Positions 37,368 to 46,366 of a stretch of DNA of 64,000 nucleotides are shown in pieces. The position numbers were made by a program, and so were the translations under genes. The DNA lies in NCBI GenBank assembly GCA_031284265.1, contig JAITAG010000039.1, positions 2,983 to 66,982 of the forward strand. The letters run 5' to 3'. This DNA comes from Puniceicoccales bacterium. Lineage in GTDB: Bacteria; Verrucomicrobiota; Verrucomicrobiia; Opitutales; LL51. The first letter of the stretch is position 1. Every line of letters starts with the position of its first letter. The notes under the pieces are model-generated. The model saw nothing but the letters and a program-made list of their open reading frames with translations, was not told the DNA's origin and searched no databases.

Positions 37368-38063
37368 ATGAAAAGTTTATACCTATATTTTCTTTTGTTT
37401 TTCCATACGTTACTAGTCAATGCCCAAGACCATCGTCCTTTCTATGATGCCAATGAAGCCTATGGCAACCAGGACTACGGAAAGGCCATCTCATTATTGG
37501 AAGCGGAACCGATACATTCCTTTGCTCGGTATTTTAATTTGGGGTGCGCCTATCAAAAAAATAACGATGTGAGCAATGCCTGGATTGCCTTCGAAAAGGC
37601 AAAACAGATCAAGCCCTATGATAAAAAGATCTGGCATGCGCTCCAGGCCCTTCCCCTAACCCGAGAACAAAAAAAATTTATTCCTTTTTACCAAACATCC
37701 TTTGTAATAAATATTTTGACCCTATTGGTATGCTTTTTCTTTTGGCTAATAGTTCTCCTGTGGATCCGTCGACGGATGAAGAAAGTAACGTCTAGGCGTG
37801 CGTTTTATCTCTGTTTCGCGGGCTGCTTGGGATGCGGAAGTCTTTTATATGCATCTAGCCATATTTTTCAGAAAGGTACCATAATCCATGAAGAAGCCCC
37901 ACTTCATATTTCACCCACATCGCAATCGGAAGTTCTCAAAAATCTCCCTTCGGGAACTCCACTAACGATAGCGTCAAAACATGAAAATTTTTTGCACGTC
38001 AACCTGAAAAACGGCCCAAATGGTTGGATTGATTGCAAAAATGTGAAGTATATTTTAGATTAA
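37368..38063 (+). CDS. BatE-like TPR + SH3b protein
   Basis: Signal peptide, TPR-like 'YGNQDYGKAISLLE..' / 'AWIAFEKAKQIKP', a TM helix, and a C-terminal SH3-like 'GTPLTIASKHENFLHVNLKNGPNGWIDCKNV'. Confidence 0.55.
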   Translation: MKSLYLYFLLFFHTLLVNAQDHRPFYDANEAYGNQDYGKAISLLEAEPIHSFARYFNLGCAYQKNNDVSNAWIAFEKAKQIKPYDKKIWHALQALPLTREQKKFIPFYQTSFVINILTLLVCFFFWLIVLLWIRRRMKKVTSRRAFYLCFAGCLGCGSLLYASSHIFQKGTIIHEEAPLHISPTSQSEVLKNLPSGTPLTIASKHENFLHVNLKNGPNGWIDCKNVKYILD

Positions 38064-38067
38064 TTTT

Positions 38068-38823
38068 GTGTTAAGAGTTTTTCATCCAGGAATCCCAAAA
38101 ACGGGATCCGTCATCCATTTGGATCGGGAGGAAGCACATCATTTGTTCCACGTCTTGCGTGCAAGAAAAGATGAAAAAATTATCGTCCTCAATGGATATG
38201 GGTACTACGCCGAAGGTCATATCCTTAATGGCACAACCCAAGAAGTTATAATTGATAGTGTTCATTTTGCAGAAAGTAGTAAAATTACGCTATGCTCCGC
38301 TCTTTTGAAAAATAAAGCTATGGACTTTCTCATTCGCGAAGCAACGGCAATCGGTGTCGCAGGCATTATTCCTTTATATACTCAAAATTCGGAGGTCAAA
38401 ATTCAAAATGTCTCCGAAAAACAAATGCATTGGCACCGTATCGCTCGAGAAGCCTGTAAGCAATCAGGCAATCCGTACCTTCCTACCATCGAAATACCTC
38501 GAAAATTGAAAGATTTTCAATTCTCCGTGCCGACGTTTGTCGCCGCACTTCGAAAAGATGCAAAAAATATCTTTCACTACCAATCGGAAGTTAAAAATAA
38601 TCCCGTTGCCATTTTGATAGGGCCAGAAGGTGACTTTTCCGAACAGGAATATCAATATTTCATTCAAAATAATTTTCATTTTATTTATTTAGGAAAACAT
38701 ATCCTCCGCGCTGAAACCGCGGCACTCTATCTATTGAGCGTCATTGACCACATTTGCCTAAGGACGCGCGCCCCTAAATCCCCGCCAGGAGATCCATCCC
38801 CTGGACTTGGATTTCCGGCCTGA
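38068..38823 (+). CDS. rsmE: 16S rRNA (uracil1498-N3)-methyltransferase; last ~20 codons encoded by repeat array 7
   Basis: 'EEAHHLFHVLRARKDEKIIVLNGYG' and 'ILIGPEGDFSEQE'. The tail '..RTRAPKSPPGDPSPGLGFPA*' reads modules B-A, with the TGA stop in module H. Confidence 0.8.
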   Translation: MLRVFHPGIPKTGSVIHLDREEAHHLFHVLRARKDEKIIVLNGYGYYAEGHILNGTTQEVIIDSVHFAESSKITLCSALLKNKAMDFLIREATAIGVAGIIPLYTQNSEVKIQNVSEKQMHWHRIAREACKQSGNPYLPTIEIPRKLKDFQFSVPTFVAALRKDAKNIFHYQSEVKNNPVAILIGPEGDFSEQEYQYFIQNNFHFIYLGKHILRAETAALYLLSVIDHICLRTRAPKSPPGDPSPGLGFPA

Positions 38824-38940
38824 GCCCAGCGGACATTGTCCGGGGCTCAGGCCGGAAGGATCCAAATGTCTGTCATTTTACCCCAGCCCGGCGAGAATCA
38901 TTCGCCTGGTTAGAGGCCGCAAAACGAGGTCAAGGAGTCT
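38757..38940 (+). repeat. GC-rich hairpin-module mosaic, array 7 (B-A-H-C-D, D truncated)
   Basis: CCAGGAGATCCATCCCCTGG; CCGGCCTGAGCCC..GGGCTCAGGCCGG (38815-38855); a degenerate C; GGTCAAGGAGTC ends at the mcsB stop. Confidence 0.85.
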
Positions 38941-40002
38941 TTAAGTGTCAAATTGAAAGTCTTGAATTTTTCTGAAAAATATGCGCATATTTTCTGCCCG
39001 AAGACAGTCTCTTTCTTCGGTGGATAAGTCCTTATCGTACAAAACGACGAGATTACCCGGCTGTGATTCTACCATATAGCGATCAATTCCTGCACGATTT
39101 TTTTCGTCTATGAAGCCGCAATCGGTTGCCAGGCGCATCCATGCCAACATTTCGAATGCTTCCTCACTCGTCAAGGTATAGCAGGAACGCAGTATACCGT
39201 AAATCCGTCCAATTTTATCTAAAAATTGCGCATGATTGTATTTTAGAAGTCCTTCTCGAGCAGCTATTTCCTGATCTATAATCGTTCGAATGATATGTTC
39301 CAAACGTTGAATTTCATCTACTTCGCTGATCCCTAACGTCTGCTGATTCGAAATTTGGTAGATATGTCCTAACGCTTTAGTCCCTTCTCCATGCATACCG
39401 CGGACCACAATCCCAATCTGTTGAACTGCCTCGACGAGATGCCGAACCTGTTCCGCCATACTGAGTCCGGGAAGATGAAGCATTACAGAAGCTCGCATTC
39501 CCGTTCCAAGATTACTCGGGCACGTCGTTAAATACCCCATAGTGGGTGAAAAAGCATAGTGACCATCGTCAATCACATCGTCAATATCATTAATCTTTTT
39601 CCAGGAATCGCGCAACTGTAACCCATTATTGATGACCTGAATTCTAAGGTGATCCTCCTCATTAACCATGATTGACGCTGAGGATCGATCGCTGCAAATA
39701 ACGCCCGTTCCCGACTTTCTTTCAAGTAGTTCCTTACTGATTACGCGACGTTCCTGAAGTGCCAATTGTTCAGGTTGCGTCAATACCGATAAATCGATAA
39801 AAATTTTAAAATCTTTTAATTTTTCGATGTAACGTTTTGCAAAATCGAGAATCTCGACGCGCTCCCTATCTCCGGCATGGGCGGGAAATTTAAATTGGGT
39901 AAAATTGCGCGCCAAACGTACACGGGAACTCAATACAATGGCTTGACTGCGTTCCTCAAAACGCTTGCTATATTCCAAAAGAAGTGCTTTAATCATTCCC
40001 AT
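38941..40002 (-). CDS. mcsB: protein arginine kinase (ATP:guanido phosphotransferase)
   Basis: 'NEEDHLRIQ' and 'CPSNLGTGMRASVMLHLPGL' are phosphagen-kinase signatures. The start is taken at Met29 of the ORF (40002). The ORF opens at 40086, inside mcsA. Confidence 0.85.
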   Translation of the reverse strand: MGMIKALLLEYSKRFEERSQAIVLSSRVRLARNFTQFKFPAHAGDRERVEILDFAKRYIEKLKDFKIFIDLSVLTQPEQLALQERRVISKELLERKSGTGVICSDRSSASIMVNEEDHLRIQVINNGLQLRDSWKKINDIDDVIDDGHYAFSPTMGYLTTCPSNLGTGMRASVMLHLPGLSMAEQVRHLVEAVQQIGIVVRGMHGEGTKALGHIYQISNQQTLGISEVDEIQRLEHIIRTIIDQEIAAREGLLKYNHAQFLDKIGRIYGILRSCYTLTSEEAFEMLAWMRLATDCGFIDEKNRAGIDRYMVESQPGNLVVLYDKDLSTEERDCLRAENMRIFFRKIQDFQFDT

Positions 40003-40489
40003 TTTGCAGTAAACGAAGTTGGTCCCTAATTTTTGCAGCTTCTTCAAAATGTTCCGCTTTAATCGCCTGCCATAATTGTTCTTCAAGCGATTCCTTTGTT
40101 AAATTTTTATCCCCATGAATAGTAAAGCCTTTAGGTCGCTTTCCTATATGATGTAAACCTTTTTGCATATTTTCAATCAAATGTAAAAGCTGTCTACTTA
40201 AATGTTCATAGCACTGGAAACAACCCAGGCATCCTGTTTTTTTGAAAAATTCCATTGTGTAACCGCAATGTTTGCAACTACCCTGAGCAGCAATCGATAA
40301 ACTGAGATCACCAAAAAGTGCAGTACCAATATTTTGGGCTACCGTAAGGGGTACCATTTTACTGACTAAAACCCCGTAACCGCGCGCACAAGCTTCGCAT
40401 AGACCAATTGACTGCTTTATTCCCTTCACAACCTGTTCGATATGAACAGCTGCTGGCTTTCCACAAATACTGCATTTCAGTAGTTCCAT
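39989..40489 (-). CDS. mcsA: McsA-like activator of protein arginine kinase (Cys-rich zinc fingers + UVR motif)
   Basis: 'CSICGK..CEAC', 'CKHCG..CLGCFQC', and a C-terminal UVR-like 'LEEQLWQAIKAEHFEEAAKIRDQLRLL'. Confidence 0.75.
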   Translation of the reverse strand: MELLKCSICGKPAAVHIEQVVKGIKQSIGLCEACARGYGVLVSKMVPLTVAQNIGTALFGDLSLSIAAQGSCKHCGYTMEFFKKTGCLGCFQCYEHLSRQLLHLIENMQKGLHHIGKRPKGFTIHGDKNLTKESLEEQLWQAIKAEHFEEAAKIRDQLRLLQNGND

Positions 40490-40497
40490 AGAGCAAC

Positions 40498-41289
40498 TTA
40501 CATCGTCATCCCACCGTCAACTGTTAGAACGGTTCCCGTTATGTACCGAGCTTCCTCTGAACATAGGAAACTCACTGCATGGGCAACGTCATCCGGAATT
40601 CCCATACGTTTCATTGGAACATTTTTCTTGATTTCTTCCATAACCTTTTCAGGTAGCCCAGCTGTCATATCGCTTTCGATAAAGCCCGGAGCAACCACAT
40701 TGACACATATTCCCCGTGAAGCCACTTCCTTGGCAACCGATTTTGTAAACCCGACCATTCCTGCTTTAGCCGCCGCATAATTTGCCTGACCAAAATTCCC
40801 TATCTTTCCAACAACGGAAGAAATATTCACTATCCGCCCCCAACGATTCTGTACCATCCCGCGGAGTAAATGCTTCGTCCAATAAAAGCAACTGCTCAAA
40901 TTCGTCCGGATCACGTCATCCCAATCGCCTTCGTCCATCCGTATCAATAAAGCATCGCGCGCAATGCCGGCATTATTGACCAGAATATCAATCGTACCAT
41001 GTCTTTCTAAAAGCTTCTCACATGCCAATTCAACAGTTTTTCCATCGGATACATCTACCATTATCGCTTCTGCTGTACCACCTGTCATAGTAATCTCCTT
41101 TGAAATTTTCTCGCAATTCTGCGAACGGCTGACACAAACTACATGAATTGTCCTTTGCGCTAATTCTTTTGCAATCGCTGCGCCCAAACCACGCCCCGCT
41201 CCCGTCACCAATGCAACTCGCCTTTTTTCAATTTCTATCACGCTTAAATTATGTCTTTGCTTACCCTGGACGTCAATAGGGTTTTTCAA
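40498..41289 (-). CDS. fabG: 3-oxoacyl-[ACP] reductase (SDR)
   Basis: 'VALVTGAGRGLGAAIA', 'NNAGI' and the catalytic 'YAAAKAGMVGFTKS'. Confidence 0.85.
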   Translation of the reverse strand: MKNPIDVQGKQRHNLSVIEIEKRRVALVTGAGRGLGAAIAKELAQRTIHVVCVSRSQNCEKISKEITMTGGTAEAIMVDVSDGKTVELACEKLLERHGTIDILVNNAGIARDALLIRMDEGDWDDVIRTNLSSCFYWTKHLLRGMVQNRWGRIVNISSVVGKIGNFGQANYAAAKAGMVGFTKSVAKEVASRGICVNVVAPGFIESDMTAGLPEKVMEEIKKNVPMKRMGIPDDVAHAVSFLCSEEARYITGTVLTVDGGMTM

Positions 41290-41310
41290 ATTATTTTTCT
41301 ATAAAATTCC

Positions 41311-41364
41311 TCAGTCCAGGGATGGATCCCCTGGCGAGGATTCTAAGAGCGGAGAGCCCTTAGA
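41311..41364 (-). repeat. GC-rich hairpin-module mosaic, array 8 (A-B only)
   Basis: CCAGGGATGGATCCCCTGG followed by CTAAGAGCggagaGCCCTTAG. Confidence 0.85.
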
Positions 41365-41402
41365 GATAAAAGTCTCCAAAGGTGATCCCGGCAAAATACG
41401 TT

Positions 41403-42185
41403 TCAAATACAGGAGTAGCTAATACCGGCCGCATCGTTGGGGTTGACTACGGTAATATCAAATCTTTGCAGTATATTTTCGCCGAAAAGCGTTTCTAAAA
41501 GTCGCGAATCATTGCAATCGCGACTCAAATGCGCTAAAAAAATTTTCTGCCATTCCGCATCCGCCGCATTTACGACTAGATCGAACGCCGATTCATTCGA
41601 TAAATGACCATAGCGACCGCGGATCCGATTTTTAATTGCTGGCGGACGCTTTTCATCATTTTCCAACATAATATTATCGTAATTGGCTTCTAAAATAAGG
41701 ATGTCTGACTTTTTTACACGCTCGCGAATATTTTGAGGAACATAGCCGAGATCCGTCATCCAACATAGACTTTTTCCGCCGTCGCGACTACGAAAGATGT
41801 AACCTACGGGTTCGATCGCATCGTGAGGAATCGGAAAAGTCTCAATCTTAAAGCCTTGATAGTGAATAGTTTCACCGGTTACAAAGTAATTCCAAGAAAA
41901 TGATTTTCCGAATTTACTATCGATTGCCACTGCCGTCGCCCGGTTTGCAAAACATTGAAAATGTACATGTTTAGCCAATCCACGAAAGCCCTGGGAATGA
42001 TCCAAATGTTCATGTGTTATAAAAATTGCTCCAATATCTTGGATCGTAATTCCGAATGTCGGTAGGCGCATCTCAATTTGCCGCCCCGTCAAACCGACAT
42101 CGATCAAAAAATTTCCCGTCGTCGATTTTACTAATAAACAATTCCCCTGACTACTGCTTCCCAAAAAGTGACAACTTGTGATCAC
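41403..42185 (-). CDS. MBL-fold metallo-hydrolase
   Basis: 'FITHEHLDHSQG' (HxHxDH) and a typical beta-lactamase-fold N-terminus 'GSSSQGNCLLV'. Confidence 0.8.
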   Translation of the reverse strand: MITSCHFLGSSSQGNCLLVKSTTGNFLIDVGLTGRQIEMRLPTFGITIQDIGAIFITHEHLDHSQGFRGLAKHVHFQCFANRATAVAIDSKFGKSFSWNYFVTGETIHYQGFKIETFPIPHDAIEPVGYIFRSRDGGKSLCWMTDLGYVPQNIRERVKKSDILILEANYDNIMLENDEKRPPAIKNRIRGRYGHLSNESAFDLVVNAADAEWQKIFLAHLSRDCNDSRLLETLFGENILQRFDITVVNPNDAAGISYSCI

Positions 42186-42226
42186 ATTTCAAGCTATGTA
42201 ACCCACAGAATTAAATCAATTAAAAA

Positions 42227-42283
42227 ATCCCCGCTAGGGGATGAATTCCCTGGCGGGGATTTTAAAGGTGAGGAGCCCTTAAG
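42227..42283 (-). repeat. GC-rich hairpin-module mosaic, array 9 (A-B only, in a divergent promoter region)
   Basis: ATCCCCGCtAGGGGATgaATtCCCTGGCGGGGAT followed by TTAAAGGtgaggagCCCTTAAG. Confidence 0.8.
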
Positions 42284-42350
42284 ATTCGGATTTGCTAATC
42301 GACTACGAATAAAGTTTTGACTATTTTTTATCTGTGCGTTCACTTTTATT

Positions 42351-43427
42351 ATGCTATTGTCGGTGATCGTTCCTATCTACTGTAAACCGCCTCAATTTTT
42401 GCAGGAATGCATTGAAAGCATTCTTGCACAAACTTTAAGTGATTTTGAATTAATTTTAATCGATGACGCATCGCCGGATAATCCCATGGATGTATTGCGA
42501 GGATATGCACTTAGAGATCGGCGAATCAAATTGATTCATTTTCACAAAAATCGAGGTGTTGCCGCCGCGCGTAACACCGGCTTACGCATGGCACAGGGAA
42601 AATATATTGCATTTATTGATGCAGACGATAGTGTAGATGTATTATACTTTGAAACTTTAATTACAATTGCCGAGCAATTCTCTTTGGATATTGTTGTGGC
42701 CAATACCAACGATTTTTGTACAGTAGAGCAGCTGAAACCCATTCATCCTTTTTATTTGAATAAAAAAATTGAAAATATTCCGCTGCGCACCCTCAATGTT
42801 CAGCATTTTATCTGTCGGCTTTTTCGCCGTTCTACAGTTGGGTTGATTGCCTTTGACGAACACTTACATATGGGTGAAGATATTCTATTTATTCATCGAG
42901 CGATGCTTGTTGCGACGAGGTGCATGGAGATTCGGTACCGTGGCTATTGTTATCGTCATGCACCGGAAAATTTGATGCGGGACTATTGTAAAAAATTTAC
43001 TTCCACAAAATGTGAATCGCTGTCGTTACAGCAAAGAATTTCAGAAATGCTGTACCTGGTCGATCAACTGAATGAGTTAAAAAACTTTTCAAAGGCCGAG
43101 GAAGATATGAAGTTTATTTACTATTTTTCGCTACGTCGATTGCTGCGTTACTCCAATTTTATTTGGAAATTGGAAGAAAATAGAAATCGAGAAATTTATT
43201 GGCAGAAGTTTTGCGCTTTATTTCAGAAAAAATTTTCAAAAAAAGTACTGCAAATGCCATGTTTTAACGTTTATATGAGTTGGATATTTTCACAGCCTAA
43301 ACCTTTTTTCGGCATACGTTTTTTCCTTTATTGGGCACGTGTTCTTTGGGAAGTACGCCATATAAAGCAGAATTTTTACCGTTTTACACGTATTTTCAAA
43401 CTCACCTGGAAGGGATATATATGCTAA
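42351..43427 (+). CDS. family 2 glycosyltransferase
   Basis: 'LSVIVPIY', 'LILIDDASPDN' and 'IAFIDADDSV' (DxD). Confidence 0.85.
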   Translation: MLLSVIVPIYCKPPQFLQECIESILAQTLSDFELILIDDASPDNPMDVLRGYALRDRRIKLIHFHKNRGVAAARNTGLRMAQGKYIAFIDADDSVDVLYFETLITIAEQFSLDIVVANTNDFCTVEQLKPIHPFYLNKKIENIPLRTLNVQHFICRLFRRSTVGLIAFDEHLHMGEDILFIHRAMLVATRCMEIRYRGYCYRHAPENLMRDYCKKFTSTKCESLSLQQRISEMLYLVDQLNELKNFSKAEEDMKFIYYFSLRRLLRYSNFIWKLEENRNREIYWQKFCALFQKKFSKKVLQMPCFNVYMSWIFSQPKPFFGIRFFLYWARVLWEVRHIKQNFYRFTRIFKLTWKGYIC

Positions 43428-44188
43428 AAATTATCATCAATGCGGATGATCTCGGTGGTTTTCAAATGTGTAATGATGCGGTTTTTAGATTGATGGCGTT
43501 ACATAAAATTTCGAGCAGCACACTCATGGCAAATGGTCCATTTCTTATGGATGCGATAGCGCGAGCGAAGAATTTTCCCCAGTATTCCTTCGGTGTACAC
43601 CTCAACATTTCACAATTTTTTCCACTTATTTTCGATATTGCCTTTTGGCAATCCGACATGCTTGATTCACAGGGTGCCTTTCGCTACCGAAAATTAATTG
43701 TCCCGACGCCGAAATTAATCGGCGCCATTCAACGGGAATGGGCCGCCCAAATTGCTAAAATCTGCGATTTTGGAATTCCAGTTAGCCATATCGATTCCCA
43801 TCAACATGTCCACACACGCCTGTGGATGTATCCCATTTTGAAATTTATTTGCAAAAAATTTAATATCAAAAAAATTCGCTCTAAATTCGGATGCCATGAG
43901 TACTCACGAAACGGCCATTTTTTAAGGCGTATTATTCGCCAACTTCGCGGAATGCCTCATCGCGTTATTCAAACAAAAATGCTGGGTCTACGTTCTCCTG
44001 ATCACTTCGCCTGCCTCGGCGACGGATTAGACTTCCTTTCTTTCCAAAAAATCGATACCGATCTAATCATCGAACTCATGTGCCATCCCGGCGTTCCTCA
44101 CTTTGAAGGCGATTTACCCACCTTGCTTGATGACTACGAAGAAAAAATATGTTCTCCTTTCCGACATATTTCCTATCACGAATTATAA
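43421..44188 (+). CDS. YdjC/ChbG-family carbohydrate deacetylase
   Basis: 'IINADDLG' and 'HIDSHQHVH'. ATG 43421 overlaps the upstream stop. The ORF opens at 43331. Confidence 0.75.
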   Translation: MLKIIINADDLGGFQMCNDAVFRLMALHKISSSTLMANGPFLMDAIARAKNFPQYSFGVHLNISQFFPLIFDIAFWQSDMLDSQGAFRYRKLIVPTPKLIGAIQREWAAQIAKICDFGIPVSHIDSHQHVHTRLWMYPILKFICKKFNIKKIRSKFGCHEYSRNGHFLRRIIRQLRGMPHRVIQTKMLGLRSPDHFACLGDGLDFLSFQKIDTDLIIELMCHPGVPHFEGDLPTLLDDYEEKICSPFRHISYHEL

Positions 44189-44207
44189 ATTCTTAACGAG
44201 CTGCAAA

Positions 44208-44561
44208 ATAAAGGCTCCTCGCCTTTATAATCCTCGCCAGAGAATCCATCTCCTGGACCTGGATTTTCCGGCCAGAGCCCCGCGCAACGCCGGGGGCTCT
44301 GGCCGGAAGAATCTGTGAAGCCCACTAGGACAACTTTTTGGCCGAGGCGATGCGCGCGATGCGCATAGCCTCGGCCAAGGAAGATAAAAGTTTAAACTAG
44401 CCCGGCGCAAAGCGCCGGGCTGGGCCGTAAGGAAAAATCCCAAAAAATAAAACTTTTGACCTTACGAAAAGGTCAAGGAACCATGTTCCTTGCGGGAGTC
44501 CAGAGGGTGGAGCCCTTTGGGCAAGTCTCCTTGCGGGGCATGGGGCAGGAACCCCATGGGG
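44208..44561 (+). repeat. GC-rich hairpin-module mosaic, array 10 (near full length: B-A-H-L-I-J-D-E-K)
   Basis: CCGGCCAGAGCCCC..GGGGCTCTGGCCGG (44268-44306); spacer ATCTGTGAAGCCCACTAGGACAACTTT; TTGGCCGAGGC...GCCTCGGCCAA; CCCGGCGCaaaGCGCCGGG; CAAGGAAccatgTTCCTTG; CATGGGGCaggaaCCCCATG. Confidence 0.9.
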
Positions 44562-44566
44562 CAATC

Positions 44567-45340
44567 TTAAATGAGTGGAATTCCAGTGGTGGCGATAATA
44601 TCCATAAAACTTTCTGCGACCAAGGAGGCGCCACCGATGAGGCCACCGTTAATATCGGGTTGACTGAAAAGATCCGCTGCGTTATCCGGCTTCATAGAAC
44701 CGCCGTACAAAATATGCACTTCCTGTCCTTTCTCATTAAATTGTTTTTGTAATAGCTTACGGATAAATTGATGGATTTCTTGTGCCATTTCTGGAGTAGC
44801 CGTTTTGCCCGTTCCAATTGCCCAAATAGGTTCATAGGCAATCACCAAATTGCTGTCCACGATACTATTCAATGCGCGCGAAATTTGTTTTTCAATGGTC
44901 ACCAATGTTTGATCGGATTCGCGTTCGTTAAGGGTTTCTCCTACACATAAAATCGGCGTCAGTTGAAGGGCCTGTGCTGCCCTAACCTTTTGATGAATCT
45001 GCTCATCGGTTTCGTGAAAAATCGTCCGTCGTTCGCTGTGACCGATGATCACATAGCTTAAACCTAAGTCCTTGAGCATCGATGCCGAAACTTCTCCCGT
45101 AAATGCGCCTTCATTCTCAAAGTATAGATTCTGGGCACCAATTGCAATATCCGTACCTTTTAACGTTGTTGCACAGCGATCCAAACTAGTAAAAGGCGGA
45201 CAGATTGCAATGGCAACATTCGGTGAAATATCCTGTTTAGCCTTCAGATCTATGATTCTTTTTACCCAATCTACCGATTGTGATGGCGTCTTATTCATTT
45301 TCCAATTCCCAACAATTAAATATTTTCTTTTCATGATCAC
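44567..45340 (-). CDS. tpiA: triose-phosphate isomerase
   Basis: 'VGNWKMN', 'IIGHSERR' and 'AYEPIWAIGTG'. Confidence 0.95.
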   Translation of the reverse strand: MIMKRKYLIVGNWKMNKTPSQSVDWVKRIIDLKAKQDISPNVAIAICPPFTSLDRCATTLKGTDIAIGAQNLYFENEGAFTGEVSASMLKDLGLSYVIIGHSERRTIFHETDEQIHQKVRAAQALQLTPILCVGETLNERESDQTLVTIEKQISRALNSIVDSNLVIAYEPIWAIGTGKTATPEMAQEIHQFIRKLLQKQFNEKGQEVHILYGGSMKPDNAADLFSQPDINGGLIGGASLVAESFMDIIATTGIPLI

Positions 45341-45346
45341 AAAAAA

Positions 45347-45826
45347 TTAGATAAATTTTCTTAAATTTTCCCAGAGGTGTTCCAGCGCTACCGGCAGTGT
45401 TTTGGTATCCGCGATAATGGGCATAAAATTTGTATCGCCGGTCCAACGGGGCACTAAATGACAATGTAAATGTCGGGGAATACCGGCACCGGCTGCAGCG
45501 CCAAGGTTAATTCCAATGTTAATGCCGTCCGGATTTAAAGCCTCTTTCAAAATACGTTCGGCACGCACAACCGTCTGAAAAAAATCCGTATGTTCTTCGG
45601 CCGTTAATTGATGTAGCCCTTGAATTTCGCGGCATGGCAAAGCAAGTAGGTGTCCTGCATTGTAAGGATATTTGTTCAAAATGACAAAACTCAATGGCGT
45701 TCTAAAAAGTAGAAGCGACTTTTTTTCATCCGGATTATTTAAAATCTCTAAAAAAGGGTTATAGCTTTTCGGATCTTTTGGTGCATCAATATAGTCGACG
45801 CGCCAATGAGCATACAAAAATTTCAT
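45347..45826 (-). CDS. HIT-family nucleotide hydrolase/transferase
   Basis: Histidine triad 'HLHCHLVPRW' and 'NKYPYNAGHLLALP'. The start is taken at 'MKFLYAHW'. The ORF opens at 45892. Confidence 0.75.
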   Translation of the reverse strand: MKFLYAHWRVDYIDAPKDPKSYNPFLEILNNPDEKKSLLLFRTPLSFVILNKYPYNAGHLLALPCREIQGLHQLTAEEHTDFFQTVVRAERILKEALNPDGINIGINLGAAAGAGIPRHLHCHLVPRWTGDTNFMPIIADTKTLPVALEHLWENLRKFI

Positions 45827-45919
45827 GGACCTGTTATAAAGAGAGTTTTTAAAAAAGCCAACATATATCTTGACACAATAGAAACTTTTCAAAGAAACCC
45901 AATCAGTTAATTTGTAGCC

Positions 45920-46171
45920 ATGGCCAAGACAAAGGAAGAAGTTCGAGAACTCGTACGTGAAATTATCGCTGAAATTGCCCCTGACGAGGATATCAGTAAT
46001 TTGCAGGCTGGCGTTCCCTTGCGCGAACAGTTGGATTTGGATTCCATGGATTTTTTAGATATTGTCATGGAACTGCGCAAACAGTATTCCATCGATATTC
46101 CAGAGGCGGACTATCACCATTTGGAATCGCTCGATAGTTGTGCTGATTACTTGGTTGATAAATTTAAATAG
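45920..46171 (+). CDS. acyl-carrier-protein-like protein
   Basis: 83 aa with a phosphopantetheine-attachment context 'LDLDSMDFLDIVMEL'. Confidence 0.6.
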   Translation: MAKTKEEVRELVREIIAEIAPDEDISNLQAGVPLREQLDLDSMDFLDIVMELRKQYSIDIPEADYHHLESLDSCADYLVDKFK

Positions 46172-46366
46172 ATTTTTTGTTTTGCCTTTTGCAAATGAAC
46201 GCAATCGAAAGATAATAGACTTTATTTACCTTTTCAAATACTCCCCTCGAAGTTTGATATTTTTTTAATATATTTTTGATGAATTTTCGTCCCAAGTCAT
46301 AAAAATAGATCGCGCATTCGATTAATCTTTATCTAAATCAGCTATTTATTTTATTACGGTAGGTCT

